A stretch of 64,000 bases of DNA. Origin: Camelus ferus. Its lineage: Eukaryota. Below, in pieces: positions 36,050-49,630 of this stretch. Under the pieces are notes generated by a model. That model did not search any database. It was given only the letters and a program-made list of their open reading frames with translations, and was not told the DNA's origin. Position numbers and translations under genes: made by a program. The stretch spans positions 5,272,001-5,336,000 of the forward strand of contig NC_045697.1 of the NCBI RefSeq assembly GCF_009834535.1, in the 5' to 3' direction. The number at the start of each line of letters is the position of its first letter. The stretch's first letter is position 1.

Positions 36050-37000
36050 CCTTCACTCGACATGTTCAAGAGCAAACTATAAAAGCTGATGCGTAAACTG
36101 GTCAACCGGGAGACAGATCTGAATCTGGTGAGCAGAACATTGCACGGTGAGACAAAATGGAATAGAGGTCAGTAGACAAAGATGACAATGAGCAGTTCTA
36201 ACATATAGCTCCAGAAGGAGATGATAGAAAGAGAATGAAGAAAAATCGTATAATAAATATTATGTAATATGTAAGAATTTTCTGGAATTGATGGAAGACA
36301 CAAACTCTTATGTCCAGTAAACACAAGAGATTACAAGTAGGATCACACAGGAAAGGAAAAGAGGAGGTCCCTTTCTAGGCACATAACAATGAAACTTCAG
36401 AATACAAAAAGGAAGAGAGAAAGAGAGTGGAGGGATCAGGGAGGGAAGGGGAAGTGGAGAAATATTAAAAACACCCAGAGAAAAATGACAAGTTACTTAC
36501 CAAGGAATAAAGTCTAAACTGATAAGAGATTTCCTAATAGCAACAGCAGAGATGACAAGATAATGAAATAAAATCTTCAAAATACTAAGAAAAGACAAAT
36601 CAACTAACAGTCCCCCTCTAGTTGAAATACTGTTCAATATTAGGTAAAATAATGACATTTTTAGAAAATAAAATTGAGAGTTTATCACAAGCATACACTT
36701 ACTACCAAAATTTTTAAATTACGTATTTCAAGAAAAAAGGAAATAATTCCAGAAAAGCCACCTGAGATACCAAAAGGAATGGTGAGAAGCAAAAATCCCA
36801 GTAAATGTGTAATGGTCTAAACAGTCACTGCTTGTGTGAAATGGTAAAAATAATGTATGATTTGAAGGTTAAAAAGAAAATCAAAGCCAACCGTAAAGCT
36901 AGACATATAGCTAAAATACTGACATAAAAGAATGTAAGACAGGGATAGGGTGAGCAGAGATAAAGCTTCCTGATCATCTCTATTAAATACTAATACAAAT
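36050..37000 (+). mobile_element. Ancient L1 ORF1-region or HAL1-like relic
   Basis: gaattttctggaattgatggaagaca, ctaggcacataacaatgaaact, atcttcaaaatactaaga. Confidence 0.55.
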
Positions 37001-37029
37001 AAAATTATTGGCGAGCCATTACGCTGTCT

Positions 37030-38280
37030 ACTACAGTCTGCCTTCAGGCCTACAAAGGTATATATTCATCCCACATGCAAAATATATTCATCCCATCCCA
37101 AGGTGCCCAAAGGTTTCAACCTGTTATAGCATCAACTTGTATTTCAAAATCTCATCTGAATTTCATCTCAGAAGCCCAAATTTCAACATCAAAGTCATCT
37201 AAGTGAGATATGGGTAGAACTCTAAGTGTAACCATCATAAAGCAAAATTCGTCTCCACCTGACCTGTGAAATCACAGGTCACTCCCAAAATACAGCGGCA
37301 GGGCAGACAGACAATTCTGGTTGAATAGAGGAGAAATGGAAGGGAAAAAGGAGACCTAGTTCCAAGAAAACTTTGAAATCCAGCTGGACAGACACTGTTA
37401 GGTTTCAAGGCCTGGGAATAATTCTCTGTGCTTCGTGGGTCTTCCTTCCTTCTGGGTCTTCCTTCCTTTTTCAAGAATGGTAGCATGTGTTTGCAGCTGA
37501 GTGGTTTTATCAATGTTTCTTATCTTTAGAATTTTGAGGGTCCAACAGCCTTCTGTCATTTCCTACTCTCTCTGTTCTTTTCAGTCCAAACCGGCAGCGT
37601 TTCTACTAGTATAAAATTCTCAGAAACCTTGCAGATCTCCCCTGTATGTCTTAGGGATTCACTCCATCAGTCAGGAAGATTCTCCACAGATTCTTCCTAA
37701 ATAATCTCATCTATTTTTGGCTTTACTGAGACATCTGAGGGAATCTAAGAGTCAGATCTTTAATCTCTTCAGTCTTTTGTGTAACTGAATATTCTGAGGC
37801 ATCCGCAAAAGGTTGTTAAAACATACTTTCCTGACAGTGAATACCTTAGCTTTAGTGTCTTCTACAATCTGGATAGGCCGAGAATTTTCTGAATTATAAA
37901 GTCCTGTTTTCTTTTAGTTTAACATTCTTCCTTTAATTTATTTCTTTCCTCTCACATTTTACTATAAGCCACGAGAAGAAACCAGACCAGAGCATTAACT
38001 CTTTGATTAGAAATCTCCTCAGCTAAATGTCCAATTTCATAGTTGATAAGTTCTGCTTTCCATGTACCTGTGGGCCCCAACCCACTAAGTCTTCTGCCAC
38101 TGTGTTATAAGGATCTCCTTTATTCCAGTTCCCAGTAACACATCTTCATTTCCTTCTGAGCCTTCGCCAGCAGGATCTTTAACATCCGTATTTCTACTAC
38201 TAGTGTATCTACGATGATTTAGGTATTATCTCAGGCAATACAGATGCTCCTCGCTTCAGTGTGAGCCTTCACCAGCAAAT
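37030..38280 (-). mobile_element. MaLR internal sequence (MLT1-int-like)
   Basis: cccacatgcaaaatatattcatcccatccca...ggagaaatggaagggaaaaagg...tttcaaggcctgggaataattctc. Confidence 0.7.
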
Positions 38281-38289
38281 CAATCAATA

Positions 38290-40490
38290 GAAACAGTACC
38301 AGAAATGAGATCAAAACTAGTCCATATATTCCATATGTTCAAAAATCTAGGTAAAAAATTGAGCATATTAAGAAGCAACATAAAACGTATTTTTAAAAAC
38401 CTAAATTTAACTTCTAGAGCTAAAAAGTTCAACGTCTGGGATGAACAATACACTGGATATGATTGATGGCAGATTTGATATTGCAGAAGAAAATATTAGT
38501 AAAATTAAAGACATAGTAGCAGAAACTTTTTTATTGAAGTACAGTCAGACTCTATATGGTTTGATGTCAATTCTCCCCAAATTGATCTATAGATTTAAGC
38601 CTTTCCCCGTTTATTCCCAGCAGGTTGTTTGGCAGAAACTGATCAACCAATTCTAAAATTCATATAGAAGTGTAAAAAACCTAAGATAGCCAAAATAATT
38701 GGAAAAAAAAGAAGAAGAAAGTTATAGGACCTACACTACTTGATTTCAAGATATTATAAATCTATGCTAATCATGACATGCATTATTGGTATAAAGACGG
38801 GCAAATAAACCAATGGAACAGAATAGAGTCCACATGTAGAGACATACATACATGGTCAGTTGATTTTCAACAAAGGAACAAAGACAGTTCAGTGAAACAA
38901 AGTCTTTTCAACAATGAGCGCTGGAACAATAGGTCATCCTTATGCCACAAAATGAACTTTGATCTCTACCTGGTACCACATACAATAATGAAGCAAAGTA
39001 AATCATAGACCTGAATGTAATTCCTAAAGCCATGAAGCATCTAAAAGAAAACACTGAAGAAAATTTGCGTGACGTTGGGTAGGCAATGTTTTAGATGTGA
39101 CACCAAAAGCACAATTCATAAGAGAAAAATGATGACTTGGATTTTGTCAGAATTTAAAACTCATGCTCTTCCAATGAGACTGTTGAGAATAAAAAGACAA
39201 ACCACAGGCAGGAAAACAAATCTTTGCCAAGCACGTCTCCAGAACATATAAAGAGCCCTTAACACTTAATGATGAGAAAACAAATAACCTAAGGTTTTAA
39301 ATGGGCAAAATATCGAACATATGCTTCTCTCAGGAAGATATGTGAATGGCAAATAAACACATGAAAAGATGCTCAGCACTATTAATCATTAGGAAATACA
39401 AATTAAACCACAATGAGATACCACTGCATACCTACCGAAGTGTCTAAATGTAAAAGATTGGTAATACCAGCTTTGGGCTAGGACCTGGAACACTGACACG
39501 CCACTAGTGAGGATGTAAAATGGTGCAGTTATTTTGGAAATCAGTTTAGCAGGGTTTTTCCTTTTTTTATGTTAAACATAAATCTACCATATAATCTAGT
39601 CACTCCACCCTTAGGTATTTACTCATGATAATTGAAACTATGCATCTGGGTGAAGACCTGTGTGTAATTGTTTATAGCAACTTTATTTATTTATTTATTT
39701 TTAGAAAAGAGGAGATAAAACCTTAATTACTTGCAGATCATATGTCTATTAAAAAATCTAAGCTAAAAGTTTTCAAATTGTTTTTTCTTTTTTTACTGAA
39801 GCATAGTCAGTTTACAATGTGTCAATTTCTGGTGTACAGCATCGTGTTTCAGTCATACTTACACATACATATATTCCTTTCCACATTCTTTTCCATTATA
39901 GGCTACTACAAGATATTGAATAACAGCTTTATTTTTAATTTTGATATCCTTTTTTTACAAAATGAAGTACAATCAATTACAATGTGTCAGTTTCTGGTGT
40001 ACAGCACAATGTGGCTTTGTTCTTAATAGTCAAAAAGTTAGAACAATCCAAATGTCCATCGGCAGATAAAAGCACAAGCAAATTGTGGGCTATCCACACA
40101 GTGGAATATGCTCAGTAAACCAAACAAATGAACTCTTGATGGATACAACCACAGTGATGAATCTCAAAATAATTCTGTTGAGTGAAATAAGCCAGACACA
40201 GGAAGACCTACAGAATGATTTCATTTATATAAAACTCCAGACGATGCAAAGTAATCTACAGTAACAGAGAGCAAGCCAGTGGTTGCCTACCGTCTCGGTG
40301 GGGACAGAGGGAAGGAGCACAGACTTTGCAAGGGAACATAAAGAAGCTTGAGGGTGACGGATCCGTCCACTCTCTGGACCCTGGTGGTGGTTTCACGAGT
40401 ATGTACATATGTGGAAACTTCTCAAACTGTATACTTTCTGTGCAGTTCGGAGCATATCAGTAATACTCAATAAAACTGATTACAAAAAAC
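38290..40490 (+). mobile_element. Old L1M (ORF1 piece, ORF2 3' part and 3' UTR) with nested young L1 ends
   Basis: WYKDGQINQWNRIES; ILPKLIYRF; 3' UTR ending tactcaataaaactg. Confidence 0.8.
39689..40010 (-). mobile_element. Two tandem young L1 3' termini nested in the L1M
   Basis: Two copies of tgaag..agtcagtttacaatgtgtca.tttctggtgtacagca, each preceded by T-runs. Confidence 0.75.
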
Positions 40491-41904
40491 TCCGTCTCGT
40501 GGAGCTTACGTGCTATGCCCGTGGGCGGGGCAAAAAAGCACAGGTTAAGGGAATCCCTCCAAACCCAAGCACACTGGCTCTTACCGCCCCTTGAGCTGTT
40601 CTATAATAACATGTTCTTCGTTTTCCTCCCACTGAAATGTAAGCTTCCCAGAGGGCAGGGACTTAGACTGTTTTCATGATGACTTGTAATCAGATGAGGG
40701 AAAGTTCATTCTCTTGGACCTGAGTTCCTTGCTGGGAGAATGGCCTGATGGGTTTGCTCAGGGTGAGGGAGGCCCTGGGAGCCCAGGTGAGAGCTGGCAC
40801 ACCAACTTCTGAGATCTGGGGAGGCTGCATGTGACAAGTTGGGGGCAGAAGGTGGGACGCACCATGTAACTTCATTATAACCCTCTCCACCCTCTGCCAG
40901 TCGTCTGTCAATGCTGCAAAATGGTCGAAAGCTTGGAGCCTGTGGGTTTCTTTTTTCTTAGGGGACCTGGCGACGGAGCTGAGCTCTGTGCATCAGGGTA
41001 TCGCCGGGAAAATGATGTAAAACCAGGGATTAACAGACTCCCAGGGAGACTTGGGGCTTGCGGTTCCAACAGGCAGTGGAATGCAGGTTCAAGGCAATCC
41101 TACCTGGGTCTCATGTGCTGGGGAGGTACCAGGGGCCCCCTGAGTTTCAGACGTGGAAGTGAGCCTCAGCGGGACTGAAAGACTTGGCTAAGTCTCAGAG
41201 TTACAAGTTGGGGCTCTTTCTCTTTTCTCCCCTCTCCTGCTTTTTCTGGAAAGCTCTGTGCCCCTGAGAGAGAAATCATTGCTTTCTTTTCCTCAGGGTG
41301 AGGCATAAACATGGGCAAGAAAAAGAACAGAGCACCAGCAAGCCCTCCCCCTGCCAATTAGCTGCTGAGAGAGGCTGGCTTTTCCAGGGGCTGGGTGAGC
41401 GCCCCTGGCCCTGTCGCCTCCTGGAATCCTGGGGTGAATGGCTCCAGAGTTGGGGGCCACCTCCTGGGTGGTGACTGGGGGGTTCTGAGGCAGAACCGGC
41501 CAAATAACCAGGGCATTTACACGAGGAGCTTTGTTTGCTGTTTCAGTGCAAATTAGCAATTAGCAGGGGCTGGCGCTGGGCCACCTCCCTTGCAAAACCA
41601 AGTGGCAGCACGTGTCTTTTTGTTCTTGGCTGGGGACCCGCAGGCTGGGTGGCAGGGAGCAGAGACCTAGCAGACTGGTCCCACTCCGTGGCTCGGTTCC
41701 CAGGGACCCCCCAGCATGCTGCCTTCATCACCAACACAACAGCAGAGCTGGATGGGGTTCTGGGGTCCTCAGTTCCTCCATGGCCCTCAACAGAAGGAAA
41801 GAGTCTAGGGGGGTAAGTGATTTGCATAAGTTCCCCCAGCCAGGGACGCACTGAGCTGGAGTCTAAGCTCTCCCACTTCCTAATTCAAGGCAGAGGCCCT
41901 GAAC

Positions 41905-42049
41905 CAGAGGTTCTCAAACTTGAGTGAGCGTCTACACACCCTAGAGAGCCGGACCCTGCCCCAGAGTTTCCAATTCACTCGCATTTCTGACAAGTTCATT
42001 GATGAAGCCGATGCTGGTGGTCCCAGGACCACACTTTCAGAATCACCAC
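41905..42049 (-). mobile_element. MER5A-like hAT-Charlie MITE
   Basis: cagaggttctcaaactt...gcatttctgacaagttc...ggaccacactttcagaatcac. Confidence 0.8.
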
Positions 42050-42494
42050 CTTCTTACGAGATAATGGAAGAGGACATTTCCTTCCCTGATCCACACTCAG
42101 AATAATTGTGGGGTGTAGGCGAAGATGAGCAGAAAAATGGAGAGCTGGGCAAGTCATCTGGCATCAGAAAGCAAAAGAAACAGTAACGACACCACCTGAA
42201 TCCCTCTGTCTTTGCTGGTGATTCTGCTGCTCCTGCCCGACCCGGCTCCGGGCCCCTTTGTGCCGAGCTGCGTCTGACCCGCGGAGAGGCGCTCAAGGTT
42301 AAATTATTTCAGCCATCAAAGTGCTTAGAACCACATCTGGCTCAGTGAAAGGTAGCTCCCAGTCCCCTGGGCATACTACATTCTGCCAACACTTTGTCCC
42401 ATTTCCTGCTCACAGTCAGCTTGCAGAGGGACCACAGCTCCATTTTACAGGTGAGGAAGTCAAGGCTCATAGCCAAGAAGAGAGAGAAGCAAGT

Positions 42495-42730
42495 TTATTT
42501 TTAATTTTTTAATAAAAATGGTATATATTTAAGGAGTGCAACGTGCTAATTTGCTATAATACACAAAGTGTAGTGATGACCCCAGTCAAGCTAACTAACG
42601 TGTTAAGCTAATTAACACACCTCCTTTGTGTGTGTGTGATGGGAGTACCTGAAATCTACACTCTTAGCAGATTTCCAGGATTGGAGACAGTGTTTTTATC
42701 TGTACAGTCATCTTGCTATACATTGTTCTC
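42495..42730 (-). mobile_element. L1MA-like 3' end
   Basis: gtatatatttaagg...gtcaagctaactaac...aaatctacactcttagca. Confidence 0.7.
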
Positions 42731-43031
42731 GCAAACAGCACCCTGTCTCCCTTCAAAAGCCATCCTCCCTCTTTTGCACCCCCACACCCCTGCACACTGG
42801 CCAGTATCATGAAGCATAAGTGACTTCCTCAGGAGAACTGAGGCTCCAGGAGCCAAGCCATTGTCCCCATGGCGTGGCCTGGGTGTGTGGGGATTCAGCT
42901 CAGCCAGGTGCCTCGGAGACTCCTGTGAGTCGAGTCTTGCCATTGGCTAATGCAATGCTGAGATCTTGATTTCACACGTGAGGGAATAACTCAGAGAAAG
43001 AATAGATATTACAATAAAAAGACCACAGACA

Positions 43032-43338
43032 TTTTTTAAATTGAATATAGTTTAAAATTTTTTTAATTTGTACACAATTTTTAAAGGTTACACTTTGTTT
43101 ACAGTTGTCACAAAATATTGGCTCTGTTCCCCGTGTTGCACAATGCTTCCTTAAACCCACACCTCCCACGCCCCAACTCCTAAATTGCCCCTTCCTTCCC
43201 CACTGGGTGACACCTCGTTTGTTCTCTGTATCTGTGAGTCTGCTGCTTTTTTGTTATATTCACTAGCTGGCTGTATTTTTAAAATTTTATTTAAAAAATT
43301 TTAAATTCCACATATAAGTGATGTCATACAGTATTTCT
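43032..43338 (-). mobile_element. L1 3' UTR fragment (older ungulate-type end)
   Basis: cacaatttttaaaggttacact...tttgttctctgtatctgtgagtctg; TSD aaaagaccacaga / aaaaggccacaga. Confidence 0.8.
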
Positions 43339-44702
43339 AAAAGGCCACAGAATTTATAGAGTCAGACAGACCTGGTCTTTGGCCGTAGATGGGTCACCGA
43401 CCATCCAGGTGACCTTGGGCAAGTAGATTAACCTCTCTGAATCTCAGTGTGCTAATCTGAAAAATAGATGGCTCATACCTTCATACCTACCACTTCCGCT
43501 CCCCTGGGCTGCTGGGAGGCAGAAATGAAGTAACAGGTGACAGATCACTTTGCAGATTGCAAGGGGCTGATGGTGATGCCAGGGTTTCCGGTGAGCCCTG
43601 AGGTCCCAGGGGATGGGTCTCCGAGGAGACTGGCTCTGATGTACTGCCAAGCCTGAAAGCCACTGAGGTTTTCCAGGTGTCACCAACCAAGGATGGCAAA
43701 GAGTCCCTCCCCGAAATGATTCAGAATGCATGTTTTAGCCATTGCTCAGAAAGTGTTGCAAAGGGATCCTTTTGGATTTATATGCATGAATTCAAGTTGT
43801 CTGAGATGCTCATTATTGGGGTGACCGCCACGGAGGGGCTTCCTAGGACACTGGCCTTTCAGTTTTAAAACCAGGGCAGTCCCAGGAAACCCGGACAAGC
43901 TGTCCTCCCTCGTTATCACTAGTCTTACCATTCTTATTAAACCCCTTACATGCACTCTTCCTCTATGCCTCTTACCCCAAGCCATTATTTCTAAGCACTG
44001 TATGGTTTCTGTGACGGCTTTTCAGCCAGGACTTATTTAGATCCCCAGCTGCTCCCCTGAGATACATTCCTGGTTGCTCTGGGGAACTGATGGAGAATCT
44101 GCTCCTGGGAAAACAGAGCATTTAGTCCCAGGGAAAAATGACGATCACAGACAGGAAAATTCTTGGGGAAACAGATACATGGGCTCCTGGTCCTCCTTCC
44201 ACAACTAGGGCTTGATGGAGGCAGAACTGAGACTCCTTCCCCCAGCCAAGTCCCTGTCCCCGCCTTCCATGGTGGGATCCACCCAGGCACCCGCCTGCAG
44301 CCAGCGGTGCAGTTTAACCTGAATGCAGACTCTACCGCGACTTCATTTGGTTTGAGTAATTAAAAGCATGAAGATGCCGAACTTCTTAAATATTCCAAGC
44401 CATGGTGGGGCTCGTTGCTTTGTTTTGTTCATTAATGCAATCCAGACATAGGGTTTTTGAGGAATTATTACTTCTTCAGTCCTCTAAGAGGAACCACAGA
44501 GGTTGGAAGATGAGGAGAGAAGTCGCTTACTCCTGGAACTGATCCTACAGAAATAATCCCAAAGAAGGACTCTGGAGCCAGAGAAAGCTGGGTCAGCCCT
44601 GCGCTCTGCCTGTCACCAAGCCTGTGCGTTAGGCGAGTCTCAGAGCCTTTTCTTGATCTGTGAAGTGGACCTCAGTGCTACCTGGCTCGGAATCCTTGTG
44701 AA

Positions 44703-45504
44703 CTCACAGTGGTCAGAATGGCCATTGCTAAAAAGTCCACAAATGATAAATGCTGGAGAGGGTGTGGAGAAAAGGGAGCCCTACTACACTGCTGGTGGGG
44801 ACGTAGTTTGATGCAGACACTATGGAAAGCAGTATGGAGATTCCTCAAAAGACTAAAAATAGACTTACCCTATGATCCAGCAATCCCACTCCTGGGCATA
44901 TATCCAGAGTTAACTCTAATTCAAAAAGATACATGCACCCCAATGTTCACAGCAGCACTATTTACCAAAACCCAAGACATGGAAGCAACCTAAGTGTCCA
45001 TCAACAGATGATTGGATAAAGAAGTTGTGAAATATTTGAACGGAATATTACTCAGCCATGAAAATAAATGAAATTATGAAATACTGCCATTTGCAGCAAT
45101 CTGGATGGTCCTAGAGATTATCATACTAAGTGAAAGAAGTCATACTGAGAAAGACAAATACCATATGATATCACTTATATGTAGAATCTTAAAAAAATGA
45201 CACAAATGAGCTTATTTAAAGAGCAGAAATAGACCCACAGACATAGAAAACAAACTGATGGTTACCAAAGGGGAAAGAGGTAGGGGAGGGTTAAATTAGG
45301 AGTTTGGGATTTGCAGATACAAACTACTATACATAAAATAGATAAACAATGATGTCCTACTGTATAGCACAGGGAAGATAGTCAATATCTTGTAATTACT
45401 TAAAATGAAAAAGAATATATGTAAACGTGTAGCTGAATCACTATGCTGTACACCAGAAACAAATACAACATTGTAAATCAACTATATGTCAATTAAAAAA
45501 AAAA
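44703..45504 (+). mobile_element. 5'-truncated lineage-specific L1
   Basis: ORF 44709-44993 [22 protein letters not shown]...[14 protein letters not shown]; 3' UTR and poly(A). Confidence 0.93.
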
Positions 45505-45975
45505 GAACCTTGAAGTTTAGAAGGAAGCTATCACACACATGAGATACCAAGTACAACTCCAGCACACAGGAGGTTCAGAAACGACCTACAGCTTGTAATA
45601 ATAGAGAGAGAGGCTGTGCAAAATGTCTGCACCCTGTGTAAATGGCGATTGGAAGCAAAATACAAAGCCAAGTATTTTAAGTGTATCTGATGCAATTATA
45701 AGCAATTTAAAAATTATTTTAATATTCCGTATAGCCCCTTTTGAGCTGTTGAGACATTCAGGAACCTCTGATAACACCCGTAATGAGAACAACAAAACAA
45801 TCACCCACACTGATGGAGTTCTTGCCAATAATAGTAGGAGCAACAATCCTACCATCCTATCAAGAGTGTTATTAACATTGTACATTAATATAGAATATTT
45901 AATTATTAATATTATAACTAACAATTGTATTATTACTATCACACTATTACTGTGACTAGTATGATAATATATGAT

Positions 45976-46150
45976 CGGGGGGAGGGTAGAGCTCAGTGGT
46001 AGAGTGTGTGTTTAGCATGCAAGAGGTCCTGGGTTCGATCCCCAGCACCTCCATTAAATCAATCAATAAATAAACCTAATTACCCCCTCCTGAAAAAGAA
46101 AAATAAATTTAAAAAATGGTCAGCATTAGAAAAGAAATAAAAGGAATCTT
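45976..46150 (+). mobile_element. tRNA-Ala-derived SINE (vic-1-like)
   Basis: A and B boxes; AT-rich tail with cctaattaccccc; 12-bp TSD ataatatatgat (45964-45975 / 46151-46162). Confidence 0.92.
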
Positions 46151-46194
46151 ATAATATATGATGATATTATAATTGGGATTATAATATTGGTATA

Positions 46195-46430
46195 TCAATA
46201 ACCCCCAGCGATAGAGCACTTACTGTATGCCCAACACTCTTCTGAGTGCGTGTACCACTCACCTCACTTAATCTTCACAGGAGGAAAAAAGGAGATATAA
46301 GAAATAGATAGTATTTTTGTCCCTATGTTTAAAATGAGGAAATTAAGGCATAGGGAGATGAAACACCTTGTCTGAGATTACACCAGTGAAGGTGGGACTT
46401 GAACCCAGGCAGTCTGTTTCAATCATCCAC
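46195..46430 (-). mobile_element. MIR SINE
   Basis: gagcacttactgtatgcc...aatgaggaaattaaggcatag...cttgaacccaggcagtctg. Confidence 0.75.
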
Positions 46431-46953
46431 ATTCGGAACCATCTCGGGCTGGGTGCTGGGCCTCCAGCCTGGAGGGACTGCTGACTGCCCCCTTGTGTGT
46501 CCACTGGACTCCATGGCTTACGTGCAAAGGAATGAACGCAGATGTGTTTGGTCCAATGGAGCAGTCAAGCTTTTGTTACTGAGATAAATTTCATCACTGA
46601 CAGAAAGGGTCAATGTAGCTTTATAGTTTTTAACAATAAAAGTTTAGTCAACATAAAATGATAAGCAGATGTTATTGTCATTTGATTTGATGCTTCCAGT
46701 CACATTCCTTCAGTATCACCCTTCTCCCCAGGTCTAATGGACTCTGTATGGAGAACCAGGAGATAGAAGCTGAGTAGACAGAAGAACAACTCTTATCCTA
46801 AAAGGAAAATGGGAGAAGTGGTCAGAAAGATGTACAGAGTGGGGAAATCAGCAAGTCTTCACCCAGAATGAATCTTGGAGTAAGCTGATCTGGGTTCACA
46901 ACCTGGCTCTGCCACCAGTGGGCCTGTGACAATAAGCAAGTTACTTCAATGAC

Positions 46954-47852
46954 TGTATTAATTTCTGAGGGCCACCATGACAAAGTCCATCAGAATCGGG
47001 GGAGGGCTTATGGATAAAGAAGTTATGGTAAAGATATACAATGGAATACCACTCAGCCATAAAAAAGAATAAAATAATGCCATTTGCAGCAACATGGATG
47101 GACCTAGAGATTATCATACTAAGAGAAGTAAAGCAGACAGAGAAAGAGAAATATCATATGATTTCACTTATATATGGAATCTAAAAAAAATGACACAAAT
47201 GAACTTATTTACAAAGCAGAAACAGACTCATAGATATAGAAAACAAACTTCTGGTTACCAAAGGGGAAAGGGGCGGGGAGGGATAAACTAGGAGTTTGGG
47301 ATTTGCAGATACAAACTGCTGCATATAAAATAGATAAATAACAAGGTCCCGCTGTATAGTACAGGGAACTATATCCAATAGCTTATAACAACCTATAATG
47401 AAGGAGAATATATATGCAACTGAATCACTTTGCTGTATACCAGAAACTAACACAACATTGTAAATCAACTATACGTCAATTTTAAAAATTAAATTAAATT
47501 AATATAAAAAAGAATGGGGGCCTTAAACAACAGAATTTAATTGTCACACAGTTCTGGATGCCAGAAGTCTGAGATCAAGAAGCCAGCAGTGACTGGGGGC
47601 TGTGAGGGAAGATCTGTTCCAGGCCTCTGTCCTTGGCCATCCTCCCACTGGGCATCTTCACATTATCACCCCTCTGTGCCTGTCTCTATGTCCAGATGTC
47701 CCCTTTTTATAAAGGCCCACAGTCGTATTGTGTTGGGGCTACCCTAATAACCCCGTCTTAGTTTGATCACCTCTGTGAAGACCTCACATTCTGAGGCACC
47801 ACGGCTTAGGACTTCAACGTGTGAATTTGTGGGGGGACACAACTCAGCCCCA
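46954..47852 (-). mobile_element. MaLR LTR (MLT1C-like) split by an L1
   Basis: tgtattaatttc...| cttaaacaacagaatttaattgtcacacagttctgga...ggggacacaactcagccc. Confidence 0.8.
47010..47510 (+). mobile_element. L1 3' fragment
   Basis: L1 ORF2 end and 3' UTR; approximate TSD agaat(c)ggggg. Confidence 0.9.
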
Positions 47853-49067
47853 GGCTTCTGGGCTGTCCGATGAGATTCTTGCATGACTCTTCCTTCCACT
47901 TGTTTGATTGTTGAAAACTCCTTTTGGCCCCTCCCCAGACTTCATCTTTCTCACTAGTCAACCAACTTTTCTTCATCTCCCATCCTGTCCCATGCTGGGC
48001 AGAAATGAGATGCCCCAGAGGGTGCCTTCAGTCTGGAGGGGACCTCAGGCTCTAAGCAGATGCTCTGATGATAGAAAGATCTGGATGAGGTGGGAGCCCG
48101 GGGAACCATTCTTTTGAGGGAAGAAACAGGACTCCCCAGAAGAGGAGCCCCCTTGAGTCTGGAATAGGGACGAGTTGCTCCCTAGGGAGGGGGAGGAGGG
48201 GTGATGGGGGCATTATGAGCAGAGTGAATGGAGAGCAGCCTGCTGGGCCCCTGAGAACCAGGATTCTGCCTCCAGGTCCTCCTAATGCAGGACCACCAGC
48301 AAGGCGGGCCCAACTGCCATCCAGCTTTTAAAACTTTCACCCCGACCTGGGGGGTCCAGCCCTGGCCTCGGCTACCTTTGGTGTCTCTTGCTTCCCTACA
48401 CGGCCCCTGCTGGGCTCCAGGAAAGCGAGATGCTGGCCCAGACTTCCAGATGCATGACAACCAAGTTGTTTAGACCATGGAACCCCGGCCCTACAGTAGG
48501 TGGTTGAGTTTTTGTGCAGAGTAGTGCAGAAGTGAGAGAGTGTGTGTGTGTGATTGCTTTTGTTCAGAGGAAATCAGGCTCTTCCAAGATCTTCAGTGTC
48601 TGGGAATCTGTGGCCCAGTCTTCGCGGCTCACCTCTCTGAGCCTTGTGTTCTCCATCTGCAAAACTGGGGAAGTAAGACCTAAAACCTAATTAACAGAGT
48701 TAATAATACATGTAAAGTGCTCAAAGTGCACCTTGAATGTTCAAGTAACACTCATTGACAATTTTTAGTTTGGGTGTCATTTCTGTATAGATTTGTCATT
48801 ACAACAAAATGAGCTCCTGTGTACAAGTGCCCCCCATGATGCCCGGCCTGTGGCAGGTGTCCACTTAGCGATAGATGATAATTTTGGGAAGAAAGTCAGG
48901 ATGCTCAGGTTCAAAAACTCGGGGGTGATGTCCCTGGACAGAGTTAAAGCAGCCAGGGCTCCCTTTCATTGGCTTCAAGGTCAGAAGGTACAAGGTCAGA
49001 AATGGTGAGAGGATCAATCAGTATGCGCCGGGTGCCTTCTGTTGGCGATGCTCAAAATCTTAGATCA

Positions 49068-49368
49068 CACAGTTTCACAGCACAGAAAACAAGCTTATGG
49101 TTACCATAGGGGAGAGGGTTAGGGAGGGATAAATTGGGAGTTTGCTATTTGCAGATATTAACTACTATATGCAAAACAGATAAACAAAATTTTCTTCGTA
49201 CAGCACAGGGAGCTACACTCAATATGTGGTAGTAACCTATCATGAAAAAGAATATGAAAATGAATATGTGTATGTGTATGTGTGACTGAAACATTATGCT
49301 GTACACCAGAAATTGACACAACATTGTTAACTGACTATACTTAAATAAAAATAAATGAATAAATAAAT
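49068..49368 (+). mobile_element. L1 3' UTR fragment
   Basis: agaaaacaagcttatggttacca...tgtacaccagaaattgacacaacattg plus A-rich tail. Confidence 0.88.
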
Positions 49369-49434
49369 AATTCTAGATTATGGAATTCAGTCTCCACCAA
49401 TGAGTGGATGACTTAATATTTAACCGTGAATTAA

Positions 49435-49630
49435 ACCAGGTGCCTTAAGTTGTGCTAAGACACATGGATGAGTTGTTCACCTATGAGTTAAATTCCATCT
49501 CCACTATTATTGTCCCCATTTTCAAGAGGAGGAAACTGAGGCACAGAGAGGTTCAGTGAGTTGCCCGAGATCCCATAGCAGCGAATGGGGAAGCTGGGTG
49601 CCCCCCGCAGTGCTCCAGCCCAGAGCCCCC
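49435..49630 (-). mobile_element. MIR SINE
   Basis: attattgtccccattttc..gaggaaactgaggcacagagaggtt. Confidence 0.8.

Noticed and set aside
45586..45955. Overlapping opposite-strand ORFs (118 and 110 aa)
   Set aside because: Ile/Asn/Leu bias comes from ATT/AAT low complexity; no homology recognised.
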